Assembly: GCA_043228905.1 (NCBI GenBank)
Contig: JBHGNT010000018.1
Coordinates: 124,001 to 188,000 of the forward strand
Reading direction: 5' to 3'
Length of the DNA: 64,000 bases
Origin: Azolla caroliniana
Taxonomy: Eukaryota > Plantae > Polypodiophyta
Shown: positions 23,406 to 34,655 of the stretch, piece by piece
Layout: the number at the start of each line of letters is the position of its first letter
Position numbering within the stretch: the first letter of the stretch is position 1
Notes under the pieces: generated by a model
The model's input: the letters and a program-made list of their open reading frames with translations, nothing else
Databases searched by the model: none
Told to the model about the DNA's origin: nothing
Translations under genes and position numbers: made by a program

Positions 23406-23787
23406 TAACAATCGGCAACGGTTCGGTTTGAACTAAACCGAACTGCAAAACCGCGGTTAAAACGGTTTAACTGTTTTTTATTTTTTATTTTTTTTTAAAT
23501 TTTAAACAATCTTTTCATTTTCATGCCTTATTCTCATATTTTAGGAAAATCATTATAATTTAAATAATGAAAATTTTAAAATTTTAAAATTTAAATTTGA
23601 CCTAAGTTGAAAACCAAAACTGAACCACGAAACTATGGTTATTTCAGTTTAATGGCTTAACGGTTTAAATTTTTTAAATGCTTTGGTTTAATGTTTTGGT
23701 GGTTCGGTTCATGTTTCAAAATATATTTAACGGTTCGGTTTGGACCCTCTCAAATTGAACCAAACTGTTGCCGATTGTTAATTGTTA
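23406..23787. mobile_element. hAT-type MITE (copy 1)
   Basis: TIRs TAACAATCGGCAACGGTTCGGTTT and AACCAAACTGTTGCCGATTGTTA, with a duplicated ATTGTTA at the right end. 8-bp TSD ATTGTGTC at 23398-23405 and 23788-23795. AAACCG/CGGTTT subterminal motifs and an AT-rich core. Confidence 0.85.
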
Positions 23788-23817
23788 ATTGTGTCTTTGT
23801 CATTGTGAATTGGAATA

Positions 23818-24160
23818 CATTTATATCCATAGGGTTCCATTTGTTTGTGTCATAATTTGTACATGTTCCATGCAATGAAATTAGCCTTAGATGCTAAACA
23901 TGATATAAAAGATTCAAAGATTTTTTACATATGGAAGAGGAACATTACATATAAAAACCACCAAAGATGTATATGATAAATATGACCAAAGTTTCATTAG
24001 GTACGTACAACATCTCATCTTTAAACATGCCTATCTTATATCCATTGGGTTTCACTTAGTTATGTCACAATTTGTGCATGTTTCCATTGTGAAATTATTC
24101 ATACACTTCATAAACATAATTTCAAAGGTGGCTTTTGATAGAATGGAAGAGGATCCAATA
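23818..24160. repeat. Diverged ~215-bp direct duplication
   Basis: TTATATCCAT.GGGTT.CA.TT..TT.TGTCA.AATTTGT.CATGTT.CCAT..TGAAATTA...AAACAT...TTCAAAG...ATGGAAGAGGA at about 23820 and 24035. Confidence 0.6.
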
Positions 24161-25104
24161 TCTAAACATGACCATCACAACTTGAGTCCCATAAATAGTC
24201 TCAACTACCATGATCTTTCACTTAGATGTGGTTAGCGATATTTAAGCTCAATTGTCAACTATCCTATTACCACTTTTTAACTTCATTGATTAAAAAGTAT
24301 GGCATTACATGATCCTTTCAACAACCTTACCTTTCTTATAAACACATTTGGCATGGTTGTGATATAGCCCTTGAGAATTTATGAATTCACATCTCAATTG
24401 AAGTGCAAATAATGTTCTAAAGCAAATAGTGTGATAAATGTCAAATCCTTGTGGATAACCTCATAAATGAACCCAAAAGATACAAAGAACTTTTAAGCAT
24501 TGAAGTAGAATATTTGCTCAACACAATGAGAACTTGCATCAAAAATATTAAGGCAATGGTGAGAGGGTTCCTATGGTCGGGTAGAGACCATGAGAGGGCA
24601 TTAGCTAAAGTGGCGTGGAGTTGTTTGATCAAGGTGAAAAACCAAGGTGGACTTGGGTTGGTGGATCCAATTCACCAAAGTAAGGCTTTACTCAGTAAGC
24701 TACTTGTGCGAAGTTTACAACCTAGACCGGAATTGTGGAAAATGCTTCTCAGGGACAGAGCTGACCTTTGGTGTCCAAGGAATGGCGGCCCTTGGAAGGC
24801 AAAGATGTGGTGGTTGTTCAGTCCAGATCTAAAGATGAAAGTACCAACTAGCATGGAGGATAGGGTGGCCCGTGCCATAATGATGGCTTGGTCAAGTGTA
24901 AGAGAAGGGTTGGTCTTAATGCAACCGAAAACATTGGAGGAACAACTCTGACAACTGTTATTTTGGAACCCTAGGATTAGAAGTGAGGACGGCATGATGC
25001 TTGGACAGAAAAAATATTTGCCATGGGGCCGCCTGTTAGGGTACAATGTTGGTTCAATAAGAGAGTGGGATGTTTTCAAAATGAAGAGGAGTGAGGGTTA
25101 GTTT

Positions 25105-25385
25105 TGTTGAAAGCGAGGTCGTCAATGCGGAAGATCAAGGAGCATTCAGTTCTGTTCTGAGTACCTGCGTATGACAGAAGGTAGGTCGTTGCACAGAGAG
25201 AGAGAGAGAGAGGCACAAAAGAGTCTTTATTCCATAAAGCAAATAATACAACATCCAACCTCACAAAGAGGTTACAAGGTCACTATATATAGTGACCGAC
25301 TTAGGGCAACTACCCTTTATGATAATTTCATAAATGGCCAAAACGGAATAGTGTGAATACGTCCATTATACACATGTATTCGACA
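25105..25385 (-). repeat. 3' LTR of copia copy B
   Basis: Reverse complement of 14305-14585. Confidence 0.97.
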
Positions 25386-25578
25386 CTCCCCCGTAATGGG
25401 CGTATACATGGGTTATCTAAGATTACAGGTATAGACTTAGGTTCTCGGACATATCAGCTTTGTTCAAGTCGGCAGGGTCCGAAGGCAGAAGACCGAACTG
25501 GTCGGGTCGGAACAGTTGAAGCCGATCATTAAGGAACTGACGTCGGTTGTCGGGAACCATCCTGCTCTGTGTCCGGCT

Positions 25579-28500
25579 CTAACCGGACTGGTTTGTCGTT
25601 ACGCCCATCTGATGCCGAAGAGACCGAAAGCGGTCTGCCGAAAGACATTTGGTCATTCCATCTGCGACATTGTCGGTTGTGGATATTTTCTCTAGACCGA
25701 TTTTCCCTGAAATGACGCAGTCCCGAACGAAGTGATATCGAACGTCGATATGCTTGGAGGCGTTGTGGTGAACCGGATTTTTCGACAAGGCAACAGCACC
25801 TTGACTGTCGCTGTAGACAACTGGAGCCGAGTCATGTTCGACTTGTCGAAACGTGTGCGCCAGCCGACCGAGCCACAAAGCTTCTTTTGCTGCGTCGGAC
25901 GCAGCTACATATTCTGCTTCGGTCGTTGAGGTCGCTGTGCACTCCTGAAGTTTCGACTTCCACGAGATTGCTCCATTGCCGAATTTGAAGCAGTATCCGG
26001 TTGTTGATTTCCGACTGTCTATACAGCCGGCGAAATCCGAGTCGGTGTAACCGACTACGCCTGAGGTTCGGTTCGGACCGAAAAGAATGCCGTGGTCTTT
26101 TGTGCCAGCCAGATATCTGAACACATGCTTGACTGCGTTCCAATGCGATCGGCCAGGATTGTGCATAAATCTGCTGACGACTCCTACGGCGTGAGAAATA
26201 TCAGGCCGTGTCGCGACCATCAGGTACATAAGGGAGCCGACTGCCGGTGCATACGGTACCGACTTCATATCTTCCCCCTCCGGACCGGATGTCGGGCAGT
26301 CTCGCTGAGAGAGCCGAAGATTCATAGGGAGCGGGGTTGAAGCAGATTTGGCTGATTGCATGTTGAAGCGTTCTAAGACACGTCGGATATAGTCGGTCTG
26401 AGACAGAAAAAGATGTCGTTTATCGCGATGCCGACTAATCTTCATGCCAAGGATGTGTCGTGCCGGACCGAGGTCCTTCATGGCAAACTTCAACCGCAGT
26501 TGCCGAACGAGATCGGCAAGTTCGCCCGCGTGGCGTCCAGAAATTAGCATGTCGTCCACGTAAATGATGAGGAAGATGGGTGATCCATCTTGAGCTGTAT
26601 TGGTGAAGAGACAATGGTCCTCATCGCTTTTGGAGAAGCCGATCGATTGGATGAAGTCGTCGAACTTCTTGTACCATTGTCGCGGTGCCTGTTTGAGGCC
26701 GTATAGACTCTTCCTGAGTCGGCAGACTAGATGTTCTTGGCCGGTGGCCACGAAGCCTTTTGGCTGCTCCATATAAATTTCCTCGTCAAGATCACCATGG
26801 AGGAATGCTGTTTTGACATCTAGCTGAATCAGCTCCAAGTTGTCGGCTGCCACTACGCCGAGTAGGAAACGAAGGGTTGTCATTTTCACCACTGGTGAAA
26901 AAATCTCGTCGAAGTCGACACCATATTCTTGTCGGAAGCCCTTCGCAACTAATCTGGCCTTGTACTTTGGGGTGGTCGAATCAGACGTCTCTTTTAGTCG
27001 ATAAACCCACTTGCAAGGAAGAGCACGTCGGTTCCTGGGTAATTCAACCAGATCCCAAGTCTTGTTTGCCCGAATGGAGTGCATTTCCGACTCCATCGCC
27101 AGATGCCAGGTGGCTGAATCGACAGATGTCGATGCGTCTTCGTAAGACGTCGGTTCGCCGGCGTCGGTGAAGAAAATTCCAGGAGAATACCTCTCCGGAG
27201 GTTGCGACAGTCTCTCGGATCGTCGAGGCATGATTGGACTGGTCGCATCGGGTATCGTGGTCGGATGGTCCGAAAGCGGATTGTTCTGCTGTGCCGAGTC
27301 GGAGTTGTCCGAGTCGGTAGTGTAAGGTTCAGCTACCCGTGAAGCTGACCGTGTGTTGAGAGCGGGGCCTTCTTGAAGGGTCGGCACATCGGAAAATGTT
27401 ACCCTTCGGACTTCGATCGGTTTTTCGACTGATGGATTCATAGCCGACTCGTTGAACACAACGTCCGAACTTCGAACGATTTGTCTGCGTTCGGGGTCCC
27501 AGAGTCGGTATCCCATTTCGCCGTCGGATCCATATCCAAGGAAAATGCATTTCCTGGACCGAGGTGCAAGTTTTCGGCGATCATCTTTCGGAATAAGGGC
27601 GTACGCCTCGCATCCGAAGATCCTCAGCTTGTCGTAATTCGGCTTACTGCCGTTCCATAGTTCCTGAGGAATTTGAAGTCCTAGAGGTCTACTTGGCGAC
27701 ATATTGATTATGTGTACTGCCGTGAGTAGAGCCTCTGCCCAGAAGCCATCCGACAGTCCGGAGTGTTGGAGCATGGAAACTATCCTTTCTTGGATTGTCC
27801 GATTCATTCGTTCTGCAATCCCGTTTTGCTCCGGACTGTGTGGTGCCGTAAATTCACGTCGGATGCCGCGTTGTCGGCAGAATTTGACGAATTCTTCTGA
27901 TTTGAACTCTCCCCCATTGTCGGTCCGAAGGCATTTCAGCTTTCGGTCGGTTTGATTTTCTACCATAGCGAGCCAATCGGTGAAGATCGAGAAGACCCGA
28001 TCTTTGGTGCGAATTAGATAAGCCCACACCTTTCGAGTCGAATCGTCAATAAAAGTGACGAAGTAAGAGGCACCACCGAGAGACTGATGCGGCATTGGGC
28101 CACAGACGTCCGAGTGGACCAAATCGAGAGGTCTCGATTCTCTTGGTGCTGATGTCGGGTGTGATGTGGCTGCTTGTTTGCCATACTGGCAATGCTCGCA
28201 AAATTGATGGTCGGAGAAGGAGAGTTTAGGGATGTATCCGGCTCTAGATAGGTGCGTGATGCCGGCCTTGCTGAGGTGTCCTAATCTTCTGTGCCATAGT
28301 GATGACACAGGAATATCCACCAAAAACAGGTTACCCTCTCTGAGCGTAACATGTAACGGATACAGTGAGTGTATCTTGGGTCCTCTAGCAAGCAGGAGGT
28401 TCCCCCTGTGGAGTGTCCACCCTCCCGAAGAAAAACCGGCACGAATGCCGTCTTCATCTAGTTGTCCGACTGAGATCAATGGCCTTGTGAGCTCGGGTAC

Positions 28501-29592
28501 ATGTCGGACATTGTGGAGTACAAGTGTAGAGCCCCCTGCAAGGTTGAGCTCTACTGTGCCGATTCCGACGATGTCACAGTGTTGTGAGTTGCCGACTCGA
28601 ACTGAGTCGGAGCGACGGATCGTATATTGCCGAAATTGGGATCGATGAGGAGTCACGTGAAATGACGCGCCCGAATCCAAGAGCCATGTGCTCGATTCTT
28701 CAGTCGTGAGTAGAACTTCTGATCCGACTGGATTTTCTATTGATAGTATATTCGGGTCGTCAGGTAGTACATCAGCTGAGAAGCTGACGTAATTGATCTC
28801 CTCATGCCGGCCACTCTTCTTGTTGTTCTTGTTCTTGAGTGCGCGGCAGTCGGCTTTGATGTGTCCGGGTTTCTTGCAATAATTGCAGATTCGGTTATCC
28901 CGTGACTGGCTCCGTCTTCGCTGATTGTTCGGCGGTCGTGAGGAATCTCTTCCTCGTATGTTCGATCGGTCTGTCAAACCTTGTACTACATAAGCGTCGT
29001 CTGTTGAGTCTTTGGCGAAAGACTTTCTCCGAGCTGCTTCGGTCAGGATTGCGCTCGTGACTTCGGAGTATTTAACAGCCGTGGTTGACGCGTTGCACAC
29101 GGTTGTGACGAAAGTTTCCCATGATGAGGGAAGGCTGCTCATGAGTATCATTGCTCTGAGTTCATCCTCAATTGCCGTCCCCTGTGACGAGATTTGGGAG
29201 CTTATGCTTTCGTACTCATTGAGGTGTGCTTGAACCGAATCGGATTCTTTCATCCGCAAGTTGTAGAGGCGCCGGATCAGAAACATCTTCGTTGCGGCGA
29301 CCTTCTTTTCGTAAGTGTCCGACAGTGTTTTCCACAGTTCGAATGCTGTCGTACACGATTGCACCGTAAAATATACCGATTCCGATAGGTGCATCCGAAT
29401 CGTGGCACGGACGATTCTGTCCAGCTTCTGCCACTCAACTGGTTTGTATCCTTCTGGAGGTTCTTCATTTTCGATGGGATCGATTTGTCCCTTGACTATG
29501 AGATAGTCCTGCATTTGCTCTTTCCAGAAGTTGAAGTTCGATCCATCGAACTTTCGTAGACTCATTTCTGACGAGCCGGATGTTGATGCCAT
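25579..29592 (-). CDS. Copia Gag-Pol polyprotein (copy B)
   Basis: The ORF-track translation is identical to copy A, with all domains intact. Confidence 0.97.
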   Translation of the reverse strand: MASTSGSSEMSLRKFDGSNFNFWKEQMQDYLIVKGQIDPIENEEPPEGYKPVEWQKLDRIVRATIRMHLSESVYFTVQSCTTAFELWKTLSDTYEKKVAATKMFLIRRLYNLRMKESDSVQAHLNEYESISSQISSQGTAIEDELRAMILMSSLPSSWETFVTTVCNASTTAVKYSEVTSAILTEAARRKSFAKDSTDDAYVVQGLTDRSNIRGRDSSRPPNNQRRRSQSRDNRICNYCKKPGHIKADCRALKNKNNKKSGRHEEINYVSFSADVLPDDPNILSIENPVGSEVLLTTEESSTWLLDSGASFHVTPHRSQFRQYTIRRSDSVRVGNSQHCDIVGIGTVELNLAGGSTLVLHNVRHVPELTRPLISVGQLDEDGIRAGFSSGGWTLHRGNLLLARGPKIHSLYPLHVTLREGNLFLVDIPVSSLWHRRLGHLSKAGITHLSRAGYIPKLSFSDHQFCEHCQYGKQAATSHPTSAPRESRPLDLVHSDVCGPMPHQSLGGASYFVTFIDDSTRKVWAYLIRTKDRVFSIFTDWLAMVENQTDRKLKCLRTDNGGEFKSEEFVKFCRQRGIRREFTAPHSPEQNGIAERMNRTIQERIVSMLQHSGLSDGFWAEALLTAVHIINMSPSRPLGLQIPQELWNGSKPNYDKLRIFGCEAYALIPKDDRRKLAPRSRKCIFLGYGSDGEMGYRLWDPERRQIVRSSDVVFNESAMNPSVEKPIEVRRVTFSDVPTLQEGPALNTRSASRVAEPYTTDSDNSDSAQQNNPLSDHPTTIPDATSPIMPRRSERLSQPPERYSPGIFFTDAGEPTSYEDASTSVDSATWHLAMESEMHSIRANKTWDLVELPRNRRALPCKWVYRLKETSDSTTPKYKARLVAKGFRQEYGVDFDEIFSPVVKMTTLRFLLGVVAADNLELIQLDVKTAFLHGDLDEEIYMEQPKGFVATGQEHLVCRLRKSLYGLKQAPRQWYKKFDDFIQSIGFSKSDEDHCLFTNTAQDGSPIFLIIYVDDMLISGRHAGELADLVRQLRLKFAMKDLGPARHILGMKISRHRDKRHLFLSQTDYIRRVLERFNMQSAKSASTPLPMNLRLSQRDCPTSGPEGEDMKSVPYAPAVGSLMYLMVATRPDISHAVGVVSRFMHNPGRSHWNAVKHVFRYLAGTKDHGILFGPNRTSGVVGYTDSDFAGCIDSRKSTTGYCFKFGNGAISWKSKLQECTATSTTEAEYVAASDAAKEALWLGRLAHTFRQVEHDSAPVVYSDSQGAVALSKNPVHHNASKHIDVRYHFVRDCVISGKIGLEKISTTDNVADGMTKCLSADRFRSLRHQMGVTTNQSG

Positions 29593-30256
29593 CAAATTCG
29601 GTTTCGGTTGACGAAGCTCGGTTCGGAGTTGACTACGAACCTTGTTGGAGTGCAGCCGGTTGGCTCACCCGATATCGTTCTAGTCAGATTTGAACCCGAG
29701 TCGGTTCGGCTTCGGAACTTGCTCGAATTGACTCCGGTAGCTTGAGGGACAGAACCGACTGGTCTTCCCGAATGTTGCCGAGTCGGAGTGAGCCCGGTTC
29801 GCTTCGGATATATATGCCGAATACCGATTATTGAAACCGATTATTTGGACCGATTCTGCTTCGGGTGGCTGCAGTGACGAGAGAGACGGATCCAACTGAT
29901 CCTCCCGAATGTCGATCAGCCAGATGAAGCACGAATTTGGGGCTGTTGTCTTAAGACCGATCTGCACCGAGTGGTTACAACGAGCGGCGTTTGATTACCT
30001 CTTCGGATGCTGTTTAACCGAGTGGAGCACGATCGCGTCAATGTTGCACAAGGGGATTTCACCTCGAGCGGTTACGATCACAAGGAACAGAGTACAACCT
30101 GAAGGCTTACTCCAAGCAAGAGGATCTAACGCGATGAGATGCAAACCTGTTTTTCTTCTTCTTCTCTCTTCTTCGAATGACGCAGGAAACCGAATGCTGA
30201 GACGACGGCCGACAGCGGATTGAAGGACCGACTACTGTGCAGGCTCTGATACCAGA

Positions 30257-30537
30257 TGTTGAAAGCGAGGTCGTCAATGCGGAAGATCAAGGAGCATTCA
30301 GTTCTGTTCTGAGTACCTGCGTATGACAGAAGGTAGGTCGTTGCACAGAGAGAGAGAGAGAGAGGCACAAAAGAGTCTTTATTCCATAAAGCAAATAATA
30401 CAACATCCAACCTCACAAAGAGGTTACAAGGTCACTATATATAGTGACCGACTTAGGGCAACTACCCTTTATGATAATTTCATAAATGGCCAAAACGGAA
30501 TAGTGTGAATACGTCCATTATACACATGTATTCGACA
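30257..30537 (-). repeat. 5' LTR of copia copy B
   Basis: Reverse complement of 9153-9433, followed on the minus strand by TC-TGGTATCAGAGCC. Confidence 0.97.
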
Positions 30538-33368
30538 AGTTTGGTAGTATTTCTTGTAGGCTTGAGAAGGTGACCCAACTGATAAATAAGGTTGTTGATG
30601 GTCTAGATAGGTTGAATAAGGAAGAGGGGGTCTGGTCTGGGTGGTTTGTAAGTGAGAGTGATGGACAAATTATTCGTGGCAAGTGTCCATCTAATGAATA
30701 TCGTTTGAGGGGAAACCTAAGTGCTTTGTCCGACAATGGTCGGTGGTTGGCAGTGCGGGTGGTAGTGTTGGAAGGTAAGAAGTGGCAAGTAAACCCGGAC
30801 CCAGGGAAGCTAGATACTGAGTGTAAACTATGGCTATTTGACAACAAGCCTCTACATGATTTGGAGTGGGATCCACTAGAGGTATGGTGGTAGAAACCAG
30901 GAACGAACAAATTGGAGGGGTTTTTTTATTATAGTACTAAGCTCGGAAGGCAAATCATTGGCTCCAAATCAGTGAGCGTTGCTCAGACTCGCAATAGTTG
31001 GAGGGATAAAGGCATATCAGATGACTTGTTGAAGTCGTTTTGGAGGAGAATATGGGTATCAGATATGCCAGAAAAAATAAAGGTGTGGTTTTGGCGTCTT
31101 AGTCATAAGGCGTTACCCGTAGGGGAGTGGATGAGGTCTCATGGTGGGGAGGCAGGTTGTACGTTATGTGGTCACTCTTTGGAATCGATACCTCACTGTT
31201 TTGGGAACTGTGCAAAGGCAATCAACATTTGGGGTCAAAGTCTCGGGATAATGGCAGCATGCGGTGTGAATGGGAGAGTTGTGTGGGGGTCCTTACAGGG
31301 TTTGAAACTAAGGAAGGTTGGGCGGAACATCTAAATCCACATGGTCATGGTTTTATACTATAGGGCGGCAATGTATTCAAATGTGTTGGAGTGGAACCTG
31401 GTACTAACTCTGGTTTTTTTGAGGAGATATGGATGTTGGTGGCATGCTTCTCGGTCTGGCACATTTGGACCCAGACGATGTATGTTTGTTTTTCAGCAAC
31501 AAAAACTCCCAAGCGGTGAGGTGTTGCTAAACATTAGGTTCGAGCTGGTATCTTGGCTGTGCGGACAATACAACTCGATTGAAGGGAACTCGGATGAAGC
31601 AGAAAGGGCTCGGTCGAAGTTTTTGCTGAAATGGGGTCGTTCTCCTATGATGGTAAATTCAGTGTCAGGGCCTAAATGGAACTACCAAGCACCGAGATGG
31701 TTGTTTCCGCCATTGGCTTCCATGAGTGGACAGGAGTTGTAAATATGTGGTCACCATGTACAAAGTGTTAGCGGGATACTTTTGTTGTAAATAGTAGGGT
31801 GGGGATTATGTTGTTTTGATTATGGATGATCTTTGATGTACTTCTTTTGCTAACTAATGGGAAGTAGTGTTTTTTTGGAAAAAAAAAAACAGAACTTTTG
31901 CTCAACACACTAGATTATATATGAATAGAGATAAAGTATTTTTAGATCCATCTATCGAGGCAATGGTTACGACAATTATGGAAATGAGGGGAAGGAAAGT
32001 GATTTACGCAATACATTGATGCATTTATTTGTCCATATCATCATGTTATGGGTAGATTAATTATTGATGACATCACTATTTGGTGGGGAACGAAGGGCTT
32101 GTTTGTCATGCATTAAGGCTTTGCTAATAGTATGTTAGTGATGTGAAGTTTGTTAGGCAACCCTATTTTTTCTACCTTTGAGTTGTGTAAAAATGAAATT
32201 TGGCAAAAACATTTTTTTGATAGAGAAGTGACACTTCAACAACCAAGCTTAATGTCAAAATATGAATATGATGAATGTGATGTTAAACCCATTTTTGTAG
32301 AAGCGAATTCATGCACAAGCTTCTAATAGTGTAACTATTTCTATATAAACACTATGATGTCACGACATGTTTTAGTACATAGTGCCTTTAGTATTATGGT
32401 CGTGCATCCTAGATATTTTGTGAGATGTTCTTTGTGTTCTACCGCATCTTCTTCTAAATTAGGTTCATCCTAACAACGTACATGAATACCTCTCCTATAT
32501 TACGTGTCATTGTATCCAAACGATCCTCATTCCCAGGTTTCCACGATAGTTTTCTCTTATTCTTTTTTCTTTATGATTCTCCTTCTAATGAAATTAGGCC
32601 CCATCTAAACTTTCCGGTTACTCCTTCATAAATGGATTGCCTAGCACCACAAGTTTTCTATTAGCAATGCATATACATGTAGCTTTATCTCCAAGAATAA
32701 GGTCTTGCATCGTCATTTCTCACAAATCTAGAGTCCTTGAGGATTCACAATGGTCTTGAACCACATGTCTTTCTAGACAAGTTGTAGGTTGTTTCTAGTT
32801 GAAGCCCTTACGAAGCCCTGAAATTGTGAAATGTTTAGAGATGACTCTATTTGTTGTAACCATAATCTCTTCCCTTAACGCCGTTTGGGTTTAAATCACT
32901 TCGATTTACCATGATGTTTGCCCCACCCACCCAAAGTACAAAACCATTGATAGTGGAGCGCCTCTTATTTTCTTTAGAGGAAACCCACATACGCGAATGC
33001 GAAACATCTCCCTTTCAAGAATTATTTGTCAAACCAACAAACCGGTGCCTCCAGCGATCCATCTATGACCATTGACCATCAAGGATAGAAGAGGTAAGTG
33101 GGTCAATGCTCGCCTCGAGCAACCCACATCCAAGGAGGAGGGAGGGATAAAAAGCTGAATGTTAGGCTAAGGAAAGGAGTTGCCTTAATAAGCGGAGGAG
33201 CGGGCATGGCATGTTCGATCGGACATAACCCACAATTCTATATGAAGAGGTTTCCGAATATGTACATAGGAATAGGCTAGGGTAGGGCTAGGTAGCTTGG
33301 TTTGTGCATACATACATTATACATACATTATACATACATACATATTGGATGGAAGTGGACCAAGTTAT

Positions 33369-33377
33369 AAACCCTAA
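33369..33377 (+). promoter_or_regulatory. Telo-box (AAACCCTAA) upstream of the G3BP-like gene
   Basis: Exact AAACCCTAA about 250 bp before the first donor (GTAAGT, ~33628). A second AACCCTAA is at ~33587. Function is inferred only. Confidence 0.45.
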
Positions 33378-34655
33378 TTTGCGAGGTGCTAGATTTGTAG
33401 ATTTGCCAAACGAATTGGGAGGGAGGAACGAGAAGCGAGCAAACGAACAGACAGAGAGAGGAGCGAAGAAGGAAACAACACCATAGCTATTAGCACCCAC
33501 CCACCTCACCCCCCCCTTCTTTGCTTTGTTTTGGTTGGAAAGAGAGAAGACCGACAGAAAGATTAAGAGGAAAGCCCCTTCTTAGTAACCCTAAAGCCTC
33601 TCTCTGTCTCTCTCCCCACTTCATTGGTAAGTGCTCTGTCTATATTTGTTTCCTTTTCCTTCCCTCTCTATCCGTTATTTTTCGGTAAGTTGCAGATGTT
33701 CCAAAGCACGATAAGGTTGTTGATCCGTTTTTCTGGGGAGAAGAATTGGCTTGATTTCTCGCTTTATGTTTAGTGGAGCAATCATCCGATTAGCCTTGTT
33801 AATCTAGTTGGCAGGCAGATCGAAGCGACGTTTAGCTCGATTTAGTCTAGCTACTGCTTATCTGACTCGATGGAAGGGGCAATAGGATTTTGTGAAGTCG
33901 CTTAAATATTGCTTGATGAAGTTCTTATTATTGTTTGTCTGACTTAGTCATGAAGGTTTTTCGATGGTTAGTAGTATATCATACGTGACAACAGGGTATT
34001 TAAACGTCCCTTATATTTATGGCTGAAGGCATGGGTTCATAGAGGAGCAATTCAATCATAACATGTCGTCAAAATTTGAATCTGGACTTAGTGGTCTACA
34101 CATACTCTGCATTCTCTCCCTCTGTCTATCTCTGAATATAGCTTTTGCACCTCCATTTATACCAGCTTTGGAAAATGTAGGCTAAATTTAAATCCCATTT
34201 CCAAATTAGTTTTTTATGCCTATACTTAATAGATAATTCACATGTAGTGTTAGTAACCTTCATTTGAGTACCAGTATTTATACTTTTGAATGAAACTTTA
34301 GGCTTCATTCAAACTCAAAAGGTCCCTTAGAGCTAAAGGTGTCCCGTATTCAAAATTGAAGATTTGTATACTTGACACTATTTATTCAGTTTGCGATTCC
34401 TATGGAGCTGTTGCAACCTTGAAAAATAAAATTTTGGCTTCATTTGAAGCCCAAAAATTAATATAGGAACACTTCTTTGAGCTCCTTGTTTCCAACATTT
34501 GAAAACTTTGTTCCAGCCAAAATATTCTTCAGAAATGCAGAAATGTTATCATTTTTTGTCTTTTCTTTTTCTCCTAAGTGGCATTTTTACCATCAATCTC
34601 TTGCCAAAAATCCATTATCTTCTTTCTTACGTTCTATTGTCTGTTTTTTCAGGTA

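Larger units (their letters stand above)
25105..30537 (-). mobile_element. Intact Ty1/copia LTR retrotransposon, copy B (5433 bp), inverted twin of copy A
   Basis: LTRs 25105-25385 and 30257-30537 (281 bp), TSD AGTTT (25100-25104 / 30538-30542), PBS at 30242-30254 on the minus strand. Same length as copy A and an identical translated polyprotein. Confidence 0.98.
24526..31889 (+). mobile_element. 5'-truncated, degenerate L1-type LINE interrupted by copia copy B
   Basis: RT C-terminal motifs GFLWSG..AKVAWSCL..KNQGGLGLVDP at 24550-24950. zf-RVT-like FWRRIW..PEKIKVWFWRL.H..LP...CTLCG..LESIPHCF..C at 30912-31334. A-tail at 31879-31889. Probable TSD AGAA(TA/CT)TTTGCTCAACACA at 24507-24525 and 31891-31909. 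Multiple stops and frameshifts. Confidence 0.85.

Noticed and set aside
9153-30537. Twin copia as an inverted segmental duplication or simple misassembly
   Set aside because: Identity stops exactly at the LTR termini, and each copy has its own matching 5-bp TSD with host sequence continuing across the empty site. Read-level confirmation is still desirable.
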